Assembly: GCA_965240325.2 (NCBI GenBank)
Contig: OZ251251.1
Location: 1-64,000 of the forward strand
Length of the DNA stretch: 64,000 nucleotides
From: Rebecca billardiae RCC1528
Lineage: Eukaryota > Protista > Haptophyta
Direction of reading: 5' to 3'
Shown here: piece after piece, positions 44,747 through 56,022 of the stretch
How positions within the stretch are numbered: position 1 is the stretch's first letter
Layout: each line of letters begins with the position of its first letter
The notes under the pieces: model-generated
Seen by the model: the letters and a program-made list of their open reading frames with translations, nothing else
Database searches by the model: none
Told to the model about the DNA's origin: nothing
Position numbers and translations under genes: made by a program

Positions 44747-47700
44747 GCCGCTGCCGGCGAGTCGCAGCAGCGCGTGCACGCCGCCGCCACCGCCGCCGCC
44801 GCGTCCGCCGCCGCCGCCGCCGCCGCCGCCGACCGCCAGGCTGCCGCCGCCGAGGACGAGGACGAGGCCGGCAGCACGGACGGCGGCACGGCGACGGACG
44901 GCGGCGGCACCGACGCGGAGGACGGCGCCGACGGTGCCGCCGCCGCCGCACAGCTGATCCGCCGGCTGGCCGCCGCCGCGGACGGCGGCGGCGGCGACGA
45001 CGACGGCGCCGACGATGATGCGCCGCCGCCGCCGCCAGCCGGCGCCGCCGCCGGCGGCGCGGACGGCATGGACGGCGGCGGCGGCGGCGACTCGACGGAC
45101 ACGACGGAGGACGACACGCGCGCCACCGCCACGCCCAACTCGGTGCTGCGCTCGCGCACGCGCGGCGCGCGCGCGTGCACGCCGACCGCGCACACGCCCG
45201 CGCCGCGCGCCGCCGCCGGCGCGGGCGGCGGCGGCGGCGGCGGCGGCAGCGTCCGCGCGGGTGCGCGCGGGTGCGCGGGCGGCGGCGCGCGCGGCGCGTG
45301 CTCGTCGCGCTCGCTCACGCCGTCCTCCGGCGGCAGCGCCGTCGGGCCCGCGGCCGCCGCCGCCGCCGCGGGCTCCGCCGGCAGCGCCGGCAGCGCGGTG
45401 CTCGGCCGCGTGCGCTTGCTGTCGCGAGCGGCGGCGGGCGCGGCCGCGCAGCGCGCCGCCGCCGCAGACGCCGACGACGACGACGGCGACGACGCGGAGG
45501 CGGAGGGCGGCGACGGCTCGGCGACGGAGGGCGAGGGCGAGGCGGCGGGTGTGCCAGGCGCACGCGGCGGCAGCGGCGCGCACACGCCGCCCGCGCCGCC
45601 GCCCCGGCCGAGCGAGTGCGCGCGCGGCACGCGGTCGGCGCGCGGCCGAGCGCAGCCGCGCACGCCCGCGGCGCGCGCGGGCGCGGCGGAGGGCGCGCCG
45701 GGGGCGGAGGCGGAGGCGGAGGCGCTGCTGGCGGAGGGGCGGCGCGCGCGCGAGGCGATCTGCGCGCTCGCCGCCGCGCCCGCGGCCGACGCCGACGGCG
45801 GCGGCGGCGGCGGCGGCGCGGCCGCGGCTACGGCGCGCGGCCGCGCGGCCGGGCTGGGCGGCGGCGGCGGCGGCGGCGGCGGCGGGCGCGGCGGGCGGCG
45901 CGGCGCCAACACGCGCGCCGGCCGCGGCGGTGGCGGGCGCGGTGGCGCGAGGCGCGGCGCCGCCGCCGAGCACGACGCCTCCGACGCCGACGCCGACGCC
46001 GACGGCAGCGCCGCCGCGTTCGAATCCGAGCTCGCCGCCGCCGAGCCGGGCGGCGCGCTCGGCGGCGCCGACGCGGCCGACGCGGAGGCGGCGGCGGCGG
46101 AGGAGGCGGCGGAGGGCGGCGGCGGCGGCGCGTGCCGGATCGTGTGCCGCGCGGACGGCACGTGCGCGCGCGCGCCGCCGCCTTCCTGGGTCTCGCCGCC
46201 CGCGCACACCGTCGCGCCCGCGCCGCCGCCCAAGCGACTGCTCCGGACTGTCGGCAAAGCGATCGGCGACTTCGGGATGATTTCGCATGGCGACCGGCTG
46301 CTGCTCGGGCTCTCGGGGGGCAAGGACTCGATGGCGCTGCTGCACGTGCTGCTGCACCTGCAGCGCCGCGCGCCCGTGCGCTTCGAGCTCGCAGCCGCGA
46401 CCGTCGACCCGCAGGTGAGCGCGCGCGCGCGCTGTGCCGGCGCTGGCTGGCCGGCGGCAGCGCGCGCCGTGCGCGCCGTGCGCGCGCCGCCCACGACCGC
46501 GCCGCGCGCGCCACTCGCTCACTTCTCCCCCGCCGTACCCACGCTCCCCGCTGCGCGTGCCGCCGTGCGCAGGCCGAATCGTACGACCCGTCCGGGCTGG
46601 GCGGGTACGTGCGCGCGCTGGGCGTGCGGCACCACCTGCTGAGCGCGGCCGTGTACGCGCAGGCGATGGCGACGCAGCCGACGAGCATCTGCGCGTACTG
46701 CTCGCGCATGCGCAGAGGTGCGGGCGTGCGGCGTGGAGTGGGCACGCGAAACGCGCGCGCGCACGCACCGGCGGTGCTGAGCGCGCACGCACGCGCTGAC
46801 ACACGACACACACATGCGCGCGCACACACGCACACGCGCACACACGCACACACACACACACGCGCAGGCCTGCTGTACCGCTGCGCGGTGCGGCACGGGT
46901 ACAACGTGCTCGTGCTCGCGCACCACCTGGACGACCTCGCCGAGTCGTTCGTGATGAGCGGTGCGCGCGCCTCGCGCGCCGCCGCACGCGCAGCCGCGCA
47001 TGCGCCGAGCGCATGCACGCGCGCGCGCGCGCGAGGCGGACCGCGTCTGCGGCTGGCACCGACGCGCGCCGGCTGAGTGGCGCGACGCACCGCCCACCGT
47101 GCCCTGCCGCGCGCGCGCGCAGCCTTCAACAACGGCTCGCTGCGCACGATGAAGGCGAACTACGCGGTCGCGCCGCCCTCGGCCGCGCGCGCGGGCGTGC
47201 GCGTGATCCGGCCCCTGTGCTACACGCGCGAGGCGGAGCTGCGCGCATTCCAGCGGTGCGTGCGCCGCGCGTGCGCCGCGCCGGGCTGGTGGCTAGTGGG
47301 CGGCGCATGGAGTGCCGCGCCCGTCGCGCCACCCCGCCTCCTCACCACCTTGCCCCCTCTCTCCCGCACGCCCGCCCGCCCGCCATGCTGATTCGCCGCC
47401 ATGCTGCATTTGCTGATGGCCGCCGCAGCGAGTCCGGGCTGCCCGTGCTGGAGGACAATTGCCCGGCGTGCTTCGAGGCGCCGCTCGAGCGCGCGCGCGT
47501 GAAGCGGCTGCTCGCGCAGCAGGCACGCGCCACGCGAGCGCCGCCGCGCGGTGCGCGCGCCGCCGCGCGCATCTCGCCGACGCCACTCGCCTCGCGCAAC
47601 GCGTCGCCCCCACCCGCGTCCCGTGCCCGCGCGCGCCGCCGTCCGCGCGCGCGCGCATGCGCACACGCATGCGCGCGCGCGACGCGCGCTCCCCGCAGGA

Positions 47701-47836
47701 GGTCGAGCTGCCGACGCTCTTCCCCAACCTGCAGCGCGCCATGGCGCCGCTCATGCGCATGCGCACGGCGGACGCGAGCGCGGACGGCGTCCTCGCGGGG
47801 GCGGCGGAGCCGGACGAGGCGGCGGACGACGCGTGA
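38924..47836 (+). CDS. ttcA: Fusion of class-V PLP aminotransferase (cysteine desulfurase/SufS-like) and TtcA-like PP-loop tRNA thiolase; about 15 exons
   Basis: Desulfurase motifs [50 protein letters not shown] (PLP Lys), REEGGTP and VQ|[10 protein letters not shown] (persulfide Cys loop). TtcA motifs [43 protein letters not shown] and NCPACF. Introns traced as frame-preserving through the linker ([16 protein letters not shown]). Confidence 0.85.
42695..42825. repeat. Intronic minisatellite, 3 x 44 bp
   Basis: GCAGGCGTGGGGTGCTGTGCTGCCATGCGCTGCCGCCATGCGCA at 42695, 42739 and 42783. Confidence 0.9.
43227..43290. repeat. Intronic minisatellite, about 3 x 19 bp
   Basis: GTGTAACGGTATGCTGCGT repeated with period 19. 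Confidence 0.85.
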
Positions 47837-50219
47837 GACACCGGCCGGCAAACGTGAACGGTCCGCGGGCGGCCCGGGCGAGGGCCCCGTCAGGGGCCAC
47901 AGCGCAGCGGCCGCTGCTAGCGCCGTCCGTGGACTGGCGCGGCGGATTGCCGCCCGCGGCAGATGAGCGCCAGCGCGCCCGCGCCGGCGCGCGGCAGAGG
48001 CACCGCTCGTCGGTTTCTGTCCGCCGCGACGAATCAGACCGGCGACACGGCCGCACTGGGCTGTCCCGCTGCCAGCCGGCAGAGTGGGCCCGAGCTGCCG
48101 GAATCGGCGCGGCACCGACTGACAACGTACGTCACCGCGCGGCGGCAGCATCATCGTTACGCAGTCAGCGGATGGTGGCTACCGTGTACGTGACCGTATA
48201 CCTCGTACTGGCCCCCGTCACGGTTCGGAGTGCCCTCACGCCGGGAGTGCCTGACCGCCCGTCGTCCGCCGCACTACGACATTGGCAATCGCGGGCGGCA
48301 ATATATATAAGCAGTAGAATAAGCAGTCGTCAGAGATCTCACGGCGGCTAGTCTCGGTAGTTACATTTCTTATATAGCTAGCGCATCACTTCGGTGCGGC
48401 CCGAGCGCCTACGACGGATAGAATTCTACTGATGAGCAGTTTCTTATTCATAGCTAGGAGGGGCCGCCGCCCGCCCGCCGCGCAGGCTGAGTACGTTTAG
48501 GCCCCGGCCGGCGAGGCCGAGGAGTCAGTCATCAGGATTATAGATGATATATATGATGATGAACTACGAAGGATCGCCAGTCGGGACTTGGCCTGTACTC
48601 GTAGTCGGGCCGCGCGCCGCGTCCCACTGGTCACTGCGCTTCGGCGCGGACCACTCGTCAGCCGCGACGACGTAGTCCCTGTTTCTTATTATATATATTA
48701 TAGATTCTTAGTGTGCCTATGCGTATAGCGAACCAGCAGCCAATCGCTATCGTCTCCGCCGTTTCTATAGGCCATAAGATCCGCAGATAGCAAGCCCTTG
48801 AGTTTCTTAACGTGATGACAGCTCCTTATTATTGCTTGCGATTGCCTGTAGTCCACGACTATACAGCCGGCCCAGCCGAGTGAGCGCGGTGACTCAGGTG
48901 AGTAACGACGCCGTATAGCCGCCAGTGCGGCCTGCGCTGCTAAGAGCAGCAGCTATTAAGACGCGCGAAACTACGACAGCATCGCGTCAGCAGCCAGCGC
49001 ACACTCATCGGCACATCAGCGCGCATGCAGGTGGTGACTGGGCGGCTGCGTGCGCTGATGATGATCGGTGATGATGATATATATGCAGCGCTAAGCGCGC
49101 AGTGACCTCCGTACTCACTGCGCTACGACTGATATAATAAGTCGTCGGCTACTGGTAACAGGTATAAGTATCACTCGTCATATATACTCATACTGCCGCT
49201 ACTATGGGCCTCAGCCCGGCCCGCTGCTCAGGCTCAGTGGCTGGCGGCGGCAGCTGCACTCATGCGGGCCAGCTCAGCGCGCGCCGCCCTCATCGTCACT
49301 GAACATGACTGCGCCAAGTTCAAGTTATATGTGGCGTTATATAGGGCGGAATCTATAACCGAGTGGCTATGAGCAACGCCAAGAATCCGGCTCGCACGGC
49401 ATCCAGCGTTGTCCGCCCGCGCGCACCGCCGCGCGCAGGAGTCCTGGTGCCGCTGCCAATCCGGCCCGCAGCTGCGCACCTGCAGGGCTCGGTTTGTTAC
49501 TCGCTCATCGTCTGCCACATCGAGGCCAAGTTATCGGGGCCAAGCTTCAGGCTCGTGGGGCCCATGGGCTGCTTGCGACGAAGGCGCCGAGCTGGGCACG
49601 GGGGGATTGCCTGTGACATCGGATCACTCAGGTGCACTCTCCTCCACTGAGGTAGTGCCGCACCGGAGGCTGCAGCCCCTCTGCAGTCTGCTCGGTAAGG
49701 TCGTGCGGCTGGCTGTCCATGTGGCCTGGCTCCCAGCTTGATCGTTCGGCGGCGCGACTACATCATCCGTGTCCTCGCAGCGTCGCCCCTCCCGCAATGC
49801 CCTCTTGCTATATTGCCGCTGTTGCGTCTGTATGGTAATACCCGCACGATTCGTTCGGCATCGTTTGCCTACCTGCCCGCCGCCCGCCCACCCTCTGGCG
49901 GAATCGTCGGGCCGGAATGGGTTCCATACGCGCACTGTGTCAGCGAGCCATCAGCCGCTTAATCGACCTATCGCTCAGTGATACTCAGATGATGACGACT
50001 CGCGGGCCGCCCGCCTCTCGGCCGCCCGCCTCTCGACTTCGGGCAGCATGACTCAACCGCCTGCCACGCCGCCGCCGTGCTAGCGCTCAGCTGTCGTTGG
50101 CAGAGGGCGAGTACAGAGTCTCACAGAGCAGCGCTCATGCATCACTCTTGCACACGGCACTCGCCGCACCGAGTCGCACGCCTGCGCGTAAGCACCTCAC
50201 CCGCCACTGGGCCGGCCTC

Positions 50220-51650
50220 TCAGGGCGGCCCACAGCGCAGTAGGGGCGGCAGCTGCGACACGCGCTGCAGCGGCGTTGGCTGCTCTCCGCCATCTATGCC
50301 CACGCCCAGGCCGAGCGCGCCCGAAGGTCTGCCGCACGCGTGCACGCCGCCGTCCGCTGTGACACAGAGGGCGTAGGCTTCACCCAGTGAGCAGTCGAGC
50401 ACGCGCGCATGCGCGAGGCCCTCCACCCGCGTCGGCAGCGTGCGATTCGTTCGGTCCCCCAGCCCCAGCTGGCCGTATAAGTTGATCCCAAACGTGTGCA
50501 CGCTGCCGGCCGCGCACAACACAGCGCTGGTGTGACAGCCCGCGCTGGCACGCACGGCACGCATGCCGCCCAGTGCTTCGATGGGCGTGGGCACAAGGCG
50601 ATGTTCCGCGACACCGTGGCCGAGCGCGCCACCGCGACCATTTCCGAAGGAGTGCACGCCGCCCGCTGCGTCCACCACCAGGCTGTGCACTGAGCCCGCG
50701 CTCACGTGCACGGCGCGCACGCCCGCGAGCGCCTCGATGCGCCTCGGCGTGCGCTGATCCTGCTCGTCACCGTGACCAAGGCGACCACCAATGGCAGTCC
50801 CACACGAGTACACGGCACCGCACGCCGAGAGCAGCAGCGTGTGCCGGCCGCCCGCGGCCACGCCGCCCACGCGCACGCCGTCCAGCGCCTCGATGCGCGT
50901 CGGCTCCAGCCGCTGCTCCGTGCTGCCGTGGCCGAGCTGGCCATGGAAGTTGCGCCCCCAGCTGTACGCAACGCCAGCGGTCGTGAGCGCCAGGCTGTGG
51001 CAAGTGCCAGCGCTTATGCTGACGACGACCTCCGCGCCCCACGCACCCACCTGCACGAACGCCCGTCGCTCAGCCTTGTCGCACACGCCCAGCTGGCCGT
51101 CGTCGTTGCCGCCGCACGCGTACACGTCGCCCGCCTCGCTCAGCGCGAGCAGGTGGAGCCCACCCGCCGCCACGGCCCGTACGCGCACCGCCTGAAGCGA
51201 GCCCACGCGCGTCGGCACGAGCACGGGCGTCTCCATGCTGAGCTCGGGATGGCCCAGCGGTGCGCCGCATGTGTGCACGCCGCCGTCCGCGTCAACAAAG
51301 GCGGAAAAACTCATCACGATGGTTGAGCTGGCGGACGCGACATGCGCGTGCGCGTGCGCGAGCTCCGTTATGCGCTCGCGCGCGAACAGCTCCTCCGCCC
51401 ACGTGGACTCGCCCGCTGGCAGGGCCGCCGGCAGCGCGGCCTTGTGCCCGCGCGCGCGCGCGCGCTCGCGCAGCGCGTGCTCGAGCGGCGCGCCGCGGAA
51501 GAGGCGAGCGGCGGCGTTGGCGGCGACGAGGTCGCGCACGTCATCGAGATGGACCAGGATGCGCGCGATCAGCTCGGGCGGCACGTCGGTCAGCCGGACG
51601 TCCGCCGCTGCCGAGCGCGCCTGGGGACGCGAGCGCGTCGTCGGTGCCAT
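50220..51650 (-). CDS. F-box + 7-blade RCC1 protein, array copy A (476 aa)
   Basis: MAPTTRS..LTDVPPELIARILVHLDDVRDL..ANAAARLFR F-box; seven RCC1 repeats; intact and intronless. Confidence 0.92.
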   Translation of the reverse strand: MAPTTRSRPQARSAAADVRLTDVPPELIARILVHLDDVRDLVAANAAARLFRGAPLEHALRERARARGHKAALPAALPAGESTWAEELFARERITELAHAHAHVASASSTIVMSFSAFVDADGGVHTCGAPLGHPELSMETPVLVPTRVGSLQAVRVRAVAAGGLHLLALSEAGDVYACGGNDDGQLGVCDKAERRAFVQVGAWGAEVVVSISAGTCHSLALTTAGVAYSWGRNFHGQLGHGSTEQRLEPTRIEALDGVRVGGVAAGGRHTLLLSACGAVYSCGTAIGGRLGHGDEQDQRTPRRIEALAGVRAVHVSAGSVHSLVVDAAGGVHSFGNGRGGALGHGVAEHRLVPTPIEALGGMRAVRASAGCHTSAVLCAAGSVHTFGINLYGQLGLGDRTNRTLPTRVEGLAHARVLDCSLGEAYALCVTADGGVHACGRPSGALGLGVGIDGGEQPTPLQRVSQLPPLLRCGPP

Positions 51651-51699
51651 CTGTTGCCCACGCGCCGACGATTGATGACGGGGCGCCGGCAGCCCGAGG

Positions 51700-51870
51700 C
51701 AGGCAGGACGACAGTAGTACAGTCATACACAGTACGACTGCTTTGTTGAACGTGTACAGCCGTATTTTGAAGTTTACGGCTACTTGTACAATGAATGCAT
51801 AGCAGGTGCGACAGCACGGTGGCGGTGTGCGCGCGGAACCCACGCGCGCAGCTGATGCTCAATGGCAATG
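51700..51870 (-). promoter_or_regulatory. Conserved upstream module of the array genes (GTAC/TGTACA cluster + invariant TGCGCGCG-gaaccca-CGCGCGCA inverted repeat)
   Basis: Identical 23-nt inverted repeat at 51828, 53753, 55671, 57625 and 62198, lying 172-178 bp upstream of the ATGs of copies A-D. TGAACRTGTACAG and ACTTGTACA-type motifs are adjacent. A regulatory role is inferred. Confidence 0.5.
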
Positions 51871-52155
51871 CGCGCGTCATCACCATCTCACTCATCTCGA
51901 TGATGAGTGCCCGCCTACCACGCCACGCGCAGCGCGAGCTCGAGCGGCTGCTCCGCAGCACCGCCGTCGGTGCGGCCACAAGCTGGCTGCATGCGCGGCC
52001 CGGGTGGCACGGGCTGATGGCAGCTGCCTGCTCAGTCGCTGGCGCATGGGTGCGACGCCTCACTGACCATGTCCGAAGAGAGCAGCGGCGAGCACTCGCA
52101 CACGCCGCACTCGCAACACTGCGCGTGAGCACCGCACCCGCCACTGGCCGGACGC

Positions 52156-53580
52156 TCAGCGCAGCCCACAGCGCAGGGGCGGCAGCTGCACCACGCACTG
52201 CAGCGTCGGCTGCTCTCCGCCATCGTTGCCCACGCCCAGGCCGAGCGCGCCCGAATGTCGGCCGCACGCGTGCACGCCGCCGTCCGCTGTGACACAGAGG
52301 GCGTAGTCTTGACCCAGTGAGCAGCCGAGCACGCAATCATGCGCGAGGCCCTCCACCCGCGTGGGCAGCGTGCGATCCACTGTGTCCCCCAGCCCCAGCT
52401 GGCCAAAGCCGTTGTGCCCAAACGCGTGCACGCTGCCGTCCGCGCACACCACCGCGCTGCTGTGACAGCCCGCGCTGGCGCGCACGGCACGCATGCCGCC
52501 CAGTGCCTCGATGCGCGTGGGCACCACCTCACGCACGTCGTCACCGTGGCCAAGCGCGCCACAATCACCGTCTCCGAAAGAGTGCACGCCGCCCGCCACG
52601 TCCACCACCAGGCTGTGCGCCGTACCAGCGCTCACGTGCACAATGCGCACGCCAGCGAGCGCCTCAATGCGCAGTGGCGTGCGCTGAGGCTGCTCGTCAC
52701 CGTGGCCAAGGCGGCCGTCATAGGCACATCCGCACGCGTACACGGCGCCGCACGCCGAGAGCAGCAGCGTGTGCTCACTGCCCGCAGCCACGCCGCCCAC
52801 GCGCACGCCGTCCAGCGCCTCGATGCGCGTCGGCTCCAGCCGGTCCTCAGTGTCGCCGTGACCGAGCTGGCCATAGAAGTTGCGGCCCCAGCTGTACGCC
52901 GCGCCGGCAGCCGAGACCGCGAGGCTATGGCGATCACCCGCGCTGATGCCGACGACGAGCTCCGGACCCAGCACCGCCACCTGCACCAACGGCCGTCGCT
53001 CAGCCTTGTCGCCCACGCCCAGCTGGCCGTAGGCGTTGCGGCCACACGCGTACACGGCGCCCGCCTCGCTCAGCGCGAGCAGGTGGTACCCACCCGCCGC
53101 AACGGCGCGCACGCGCACCGCCACCAGCGAGCTCACGCGCGTCGGCACGAGCACGTACGTCTCCCTGCTGAGCTCGGGATGGCCCAGCGGTGCGCCGCAC
53201 GTGTGCACGTTGCCGTCCGCGTCAACAAAGGCGGAAAAACTCATCATGATGGTTGAGATGGCGGACGCGACATGCGCGTGCGCGTGCGCGAGCTCCGTTA
53301 TGCGCTCACGCACGAAAAGCTCCTCCGCCCACGTGGACACGCCCGCGGGCAGGGCCGCCGGCAGCGCGGCCTTGTGCCCGCGCGCGCGCGCGCGCTCGCG
53401 CAGCGCGTGCTCGAGCGGCGCGCCGCGGAAGAGGCGAGCGGCGGCGTTGGCGGCGGCGAGGTCGCGCACGTCATCGAGGTGGACGAGGATGCGCGCGATC
53501 AGCTCGGGCGGCACGTCGGTCAGCCGGACGGCCGCCGCTGCCGAGCGCGCCTGGGGACGCGAGCGCGTCGTCGGCGCCAT
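52156..53580 (-). CDS. F-box + 7-blade RCC1 protein, array copy B (474 aa)
   Basis: Same architecture; ATG at 53580 by homology to copy A. Confidence 0.92.
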   Translation of the reverse strand: MAPTTRSRPQARSAAAAVRLTDVPPELIARILVHLDDVRDLAAANAAARLFRGAPLEHALRERARARGHKAALPAALPAGVSTWAEELFVRERITELAHAHAHVASAISTIMMSFSAFVDADGNVHTCGAPLGHPELSRETYVLVPTRVSSLVAVRVRAVAAGGYHLLALSEAGAVYACGRNAYGQLGVGDKAERRPLVQVAVLGPELVVGISAGDRHSLAVSAAGAAYSWGRNFYGQLGHGDTEDRLEPTRIEALDGVRVGGVAAGSEHTLLLSACGAVYACGCAYDGRLGHGDEQPQRTPLRIEALAGVRIVHVSAGTAHSLVVDVAGGVHSFGDGDCGALGHGDDVREVVPTRIEALGGMRAVRASAGCHSSAVVCADGSVHAFGHNGFGQLGLGDTVDRTLPTRVEGLAHDCVLGCSLGQDYALCVTADGGVHACGRHSGALGLGVGNDGGEQPTLQCVVQLPPLRCGLR

Positions 53581-54074
53581 GCTGTTGCCCACGCCGACCG
53601 AGTCGCTCGACGACGACGACGGTTGGCTGCCGGCTGCCCGACGCAGTCAGGACGACAGTACAGTCATACAGTACGGCTCTATTGAACATGTACAGTCGTA
53701 TCTTACTACTTGTACAGTGCACAGCAGGTCGTGCGACAGCACGGCGGCGGTGTGCGCGCGGAACCCACGCGCGCAGTTGGTGCTCAATGGCAGTGCGCGC
53801 GTCATCACCTTCTCCCTCTCCATTAGCATAAGTGCCCGCCTACCACGCCACTCGCGGCGCAAGCTCGAGCGGCTGCTCCAGCCCCGCCGTGCGGCCACAA
53901 GCTGGCTGCATGCGCGGCCCGGGTGGCACGGGCTGATGGCAGCTGCCTGCTCAGTGGCTGGCGCATGGGTGCGACGCCTCACTGACCATGTCCGAAGAGA
54001 GCAGCGGCGAGCACTCGCACACGCCGCACTCGCAACACTGCGCGTGAGCACCGCACCCGCCACGGGCAGGTCGC

Positions 54075-55499
54075 TCAGTGCAGCCCACAGCGCAGGGGCG
54101 GCAGCTGCGCCACGCGCTGCGGCGTCGGCTGCTCTCCGCCATTGCTGTCCACGCCCAGGCCGAGCGCTGCCGAATGTGCGCCGCACGCGTGCACGCCGCC
54201 GTCCGCTGTGACGTAGAGGGCGTGGGTGTCGCCAAGTGAGCAGTCGACCACGTGTGCATGCGCGAGGCCCTCCACCCGCTCGGGCAGCGTGCGATCCACT
54301 GTGTCCCCCAGCCCCAGCTGGCCGTAGTAGTTGAACCCAAACGTGTGCACGCTGCCGTCAGCGCACACCACAGCGCTGGAGAGAAAGCAAGCGCTGGCGC
54401 GCACGACACGCGTGCCGCCCAGCGCTTCGATGCGCGTAGGCACAAAGCGACGTTCCGCGACACCATGGCCGCGAGCGCCACCGCCACCGCCCCCGAAGGA
54501 GTGCACGCCGCCCGCCGCGTCCACCACCAGGCTGTGCGCCGTACCAGCGCTCACGTGCACGGCACGCACTTCTGATAGCGCCTCGATGTGCAGTGGCGTA
54601 CGCTGCCGCTGCTCGTCACCGTGGCCAATGCGAGTAAACGAGCAATCGCCGCACAAGTACACGGCGCCGCACGCCGAGAGCAGCAGCGTGTGCCCGCTGC
54701 CCGCGGCCACGCCGCCCACGCGCACGCCGTCCAGCGCCTCGATGCGCGTCGGCTCCAGCCGGTGCTCCGTGTCGCCGTGGCCGAGCTGGCCGTACTCGTT
54801 GTAGCCCCAGCTGTACGCCGCGCCGGCAGCCGCCAGCGCGAGGCTGTTATGGAAACCGGCAGCGATGCTGAGGACGAGCTCCGCACCCAGCGCCGCCACC
54901 TGCACGAACGCCCGTCGCTCAGCCTTGTCGCCCACGCCCAGCTGGCCGTACTTGTTGCGGCCGCACGCGTACACGGCGCCCGCCTCGCTCAGCGCGAGCA
55001 GGTGCGTGCCGCCGGCCGCCACTGCACGCACGCGCACTGCCGCCAGCGCGCTTACGCGCGCCGGCACGTGCACGGCCGTCTCCATGCTGAGCTCGGGATG
55101 GCCCAGCGGTGCGCCGCATGTGTGCACGCCGCCGGCACCGTCAACAAAGGCGGAGAAGCCCATGCCGAAGGTTGGGCTGGCGGACGCGACGCGCGCGTGC
55201 GCGTGAGCTAGATCGGAGATGCGCTCGCGCGCGAGCAGCTCCTCCGCCCACGTGGACACGCCCGCGGGCAGGACCGCCGGCAGCGCGGCCTCGTGCCCAC
55301 GCGCGCGCGCGCGCTCGCGCAGCGCGTGCTCGAGCGGCGCGCCGCGGAAGAGGCGCGCGGCGGCGTTGGCGGCGACGAGGTCGCGCACGTCATCGAGGTG
55401 GACGAGGATGCGCGCGATCAGCTCGGGCGGCACGTCGGTCAGCTGCACGGTCGCCGCTGCCGAGCGCGCCTTGGTACGCGAGCGCGTCGTCGGCGCCAT
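54075..55499 (-). CDS. F-box + 7-blade RCC1 protein, array copy C (474 aa)
   Basis: Same architecture; ATG at 55499 by homology. Confidence 0.92.
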   Translation of the reverse strand: MAPTTRSRTKARSAAATVQLTDVPPELIARILVHLDDVRDLVAANAAARLFRGAPLEHALRERARARGHEAALPAVLPAGVSTWAEELLARERISDLAHAHARVASASPTFGMGFSAFVDGAGGVHTCGAPLGHPELSMETAVHVPARVSALAAVRVRAVAAGGTHLLALSEAGAVYACGRNKYGQLGVGDKAERRAFVQVAALGAELVLSIAAGFHNSLALAAAGAAYSWGYNEYGQLGHGDTEHRLEPTRIEALDGVRVGGVAAGSGHTLLLSACGAVYLCGDCSFTRIGHGDEQRQRTPLHIEALSEVRAVHVSAGTAHSLVVDAAGGVHSFGGGGGGARGHGVAERRFVPTRIEALGGTRVVRASACFLSSAVVCADGSVHTFGFNYYGQLGLGDTVDRTLPERVEGLAHAHVVDCSLGDTHALYVTADGGVHACGAHSAALGLGVDSNGGEQPTPQRVAQLPPLRCGLH

Positions 55500-56022
55500 G
55501 CTGTTGCCCACGCCGGCCACGACGACGACGACGGTTGGCTGCCGGCTGCCCGACGCAGGCAGGACGACTGTACAGTCATACAGCACGACTCTGTTGAACG
55601 TGTACAGTCGTATCTTACTGCTACTTATTGTTGTACAGTGCATAGCAGGTGCGACAGCACGACGGCGGTGTGCGCGCGGAACCCACGCGCGCAGCTGATG
55701 CTCAATGGCACTGTGCGCATCCATCATCCATCAGATGCTGCTCAATCGTCTCACTCTCGATGATGAGTGCCGGCCTACCACGCCAATCGCAGCGCAAGCT
55801 CGAGCGGCTGCTCCAGCCCCGCCGTGCGGCCACACGAGGCTGCATGCGCGCCCAGCTGTGACCTGTGTGGCACGGGCTGATGGCAGACTCTGCCTGCTCA
55901 GTGGCTGGCGCATGGCTGCAACGCCTCACTGACCATGTCCGAAGAGAGCAGCGGCGAGGACTCGCACACGCCGCACTCGTGAGACTGCGCGTGAGCACCT
56001 CACCCGCCACTGGGCCGGCCTC

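Noticed and set aside
51700-51800. Copper-response (CuRE GTAC/CRR1) regulation of the array
   Set aside because: GTAC cores are present, but that system is defined in green algae and nothing else here links these genes to copper. Kept only as an unexplained motif cluster.
55500-55727. N-terminal extensions of array copies B, C and E given in the ORF track
   Set aside because: They begin at non-ATG or non-conserved codons within spacer DNA; MAPTT is the start common to all five copies.
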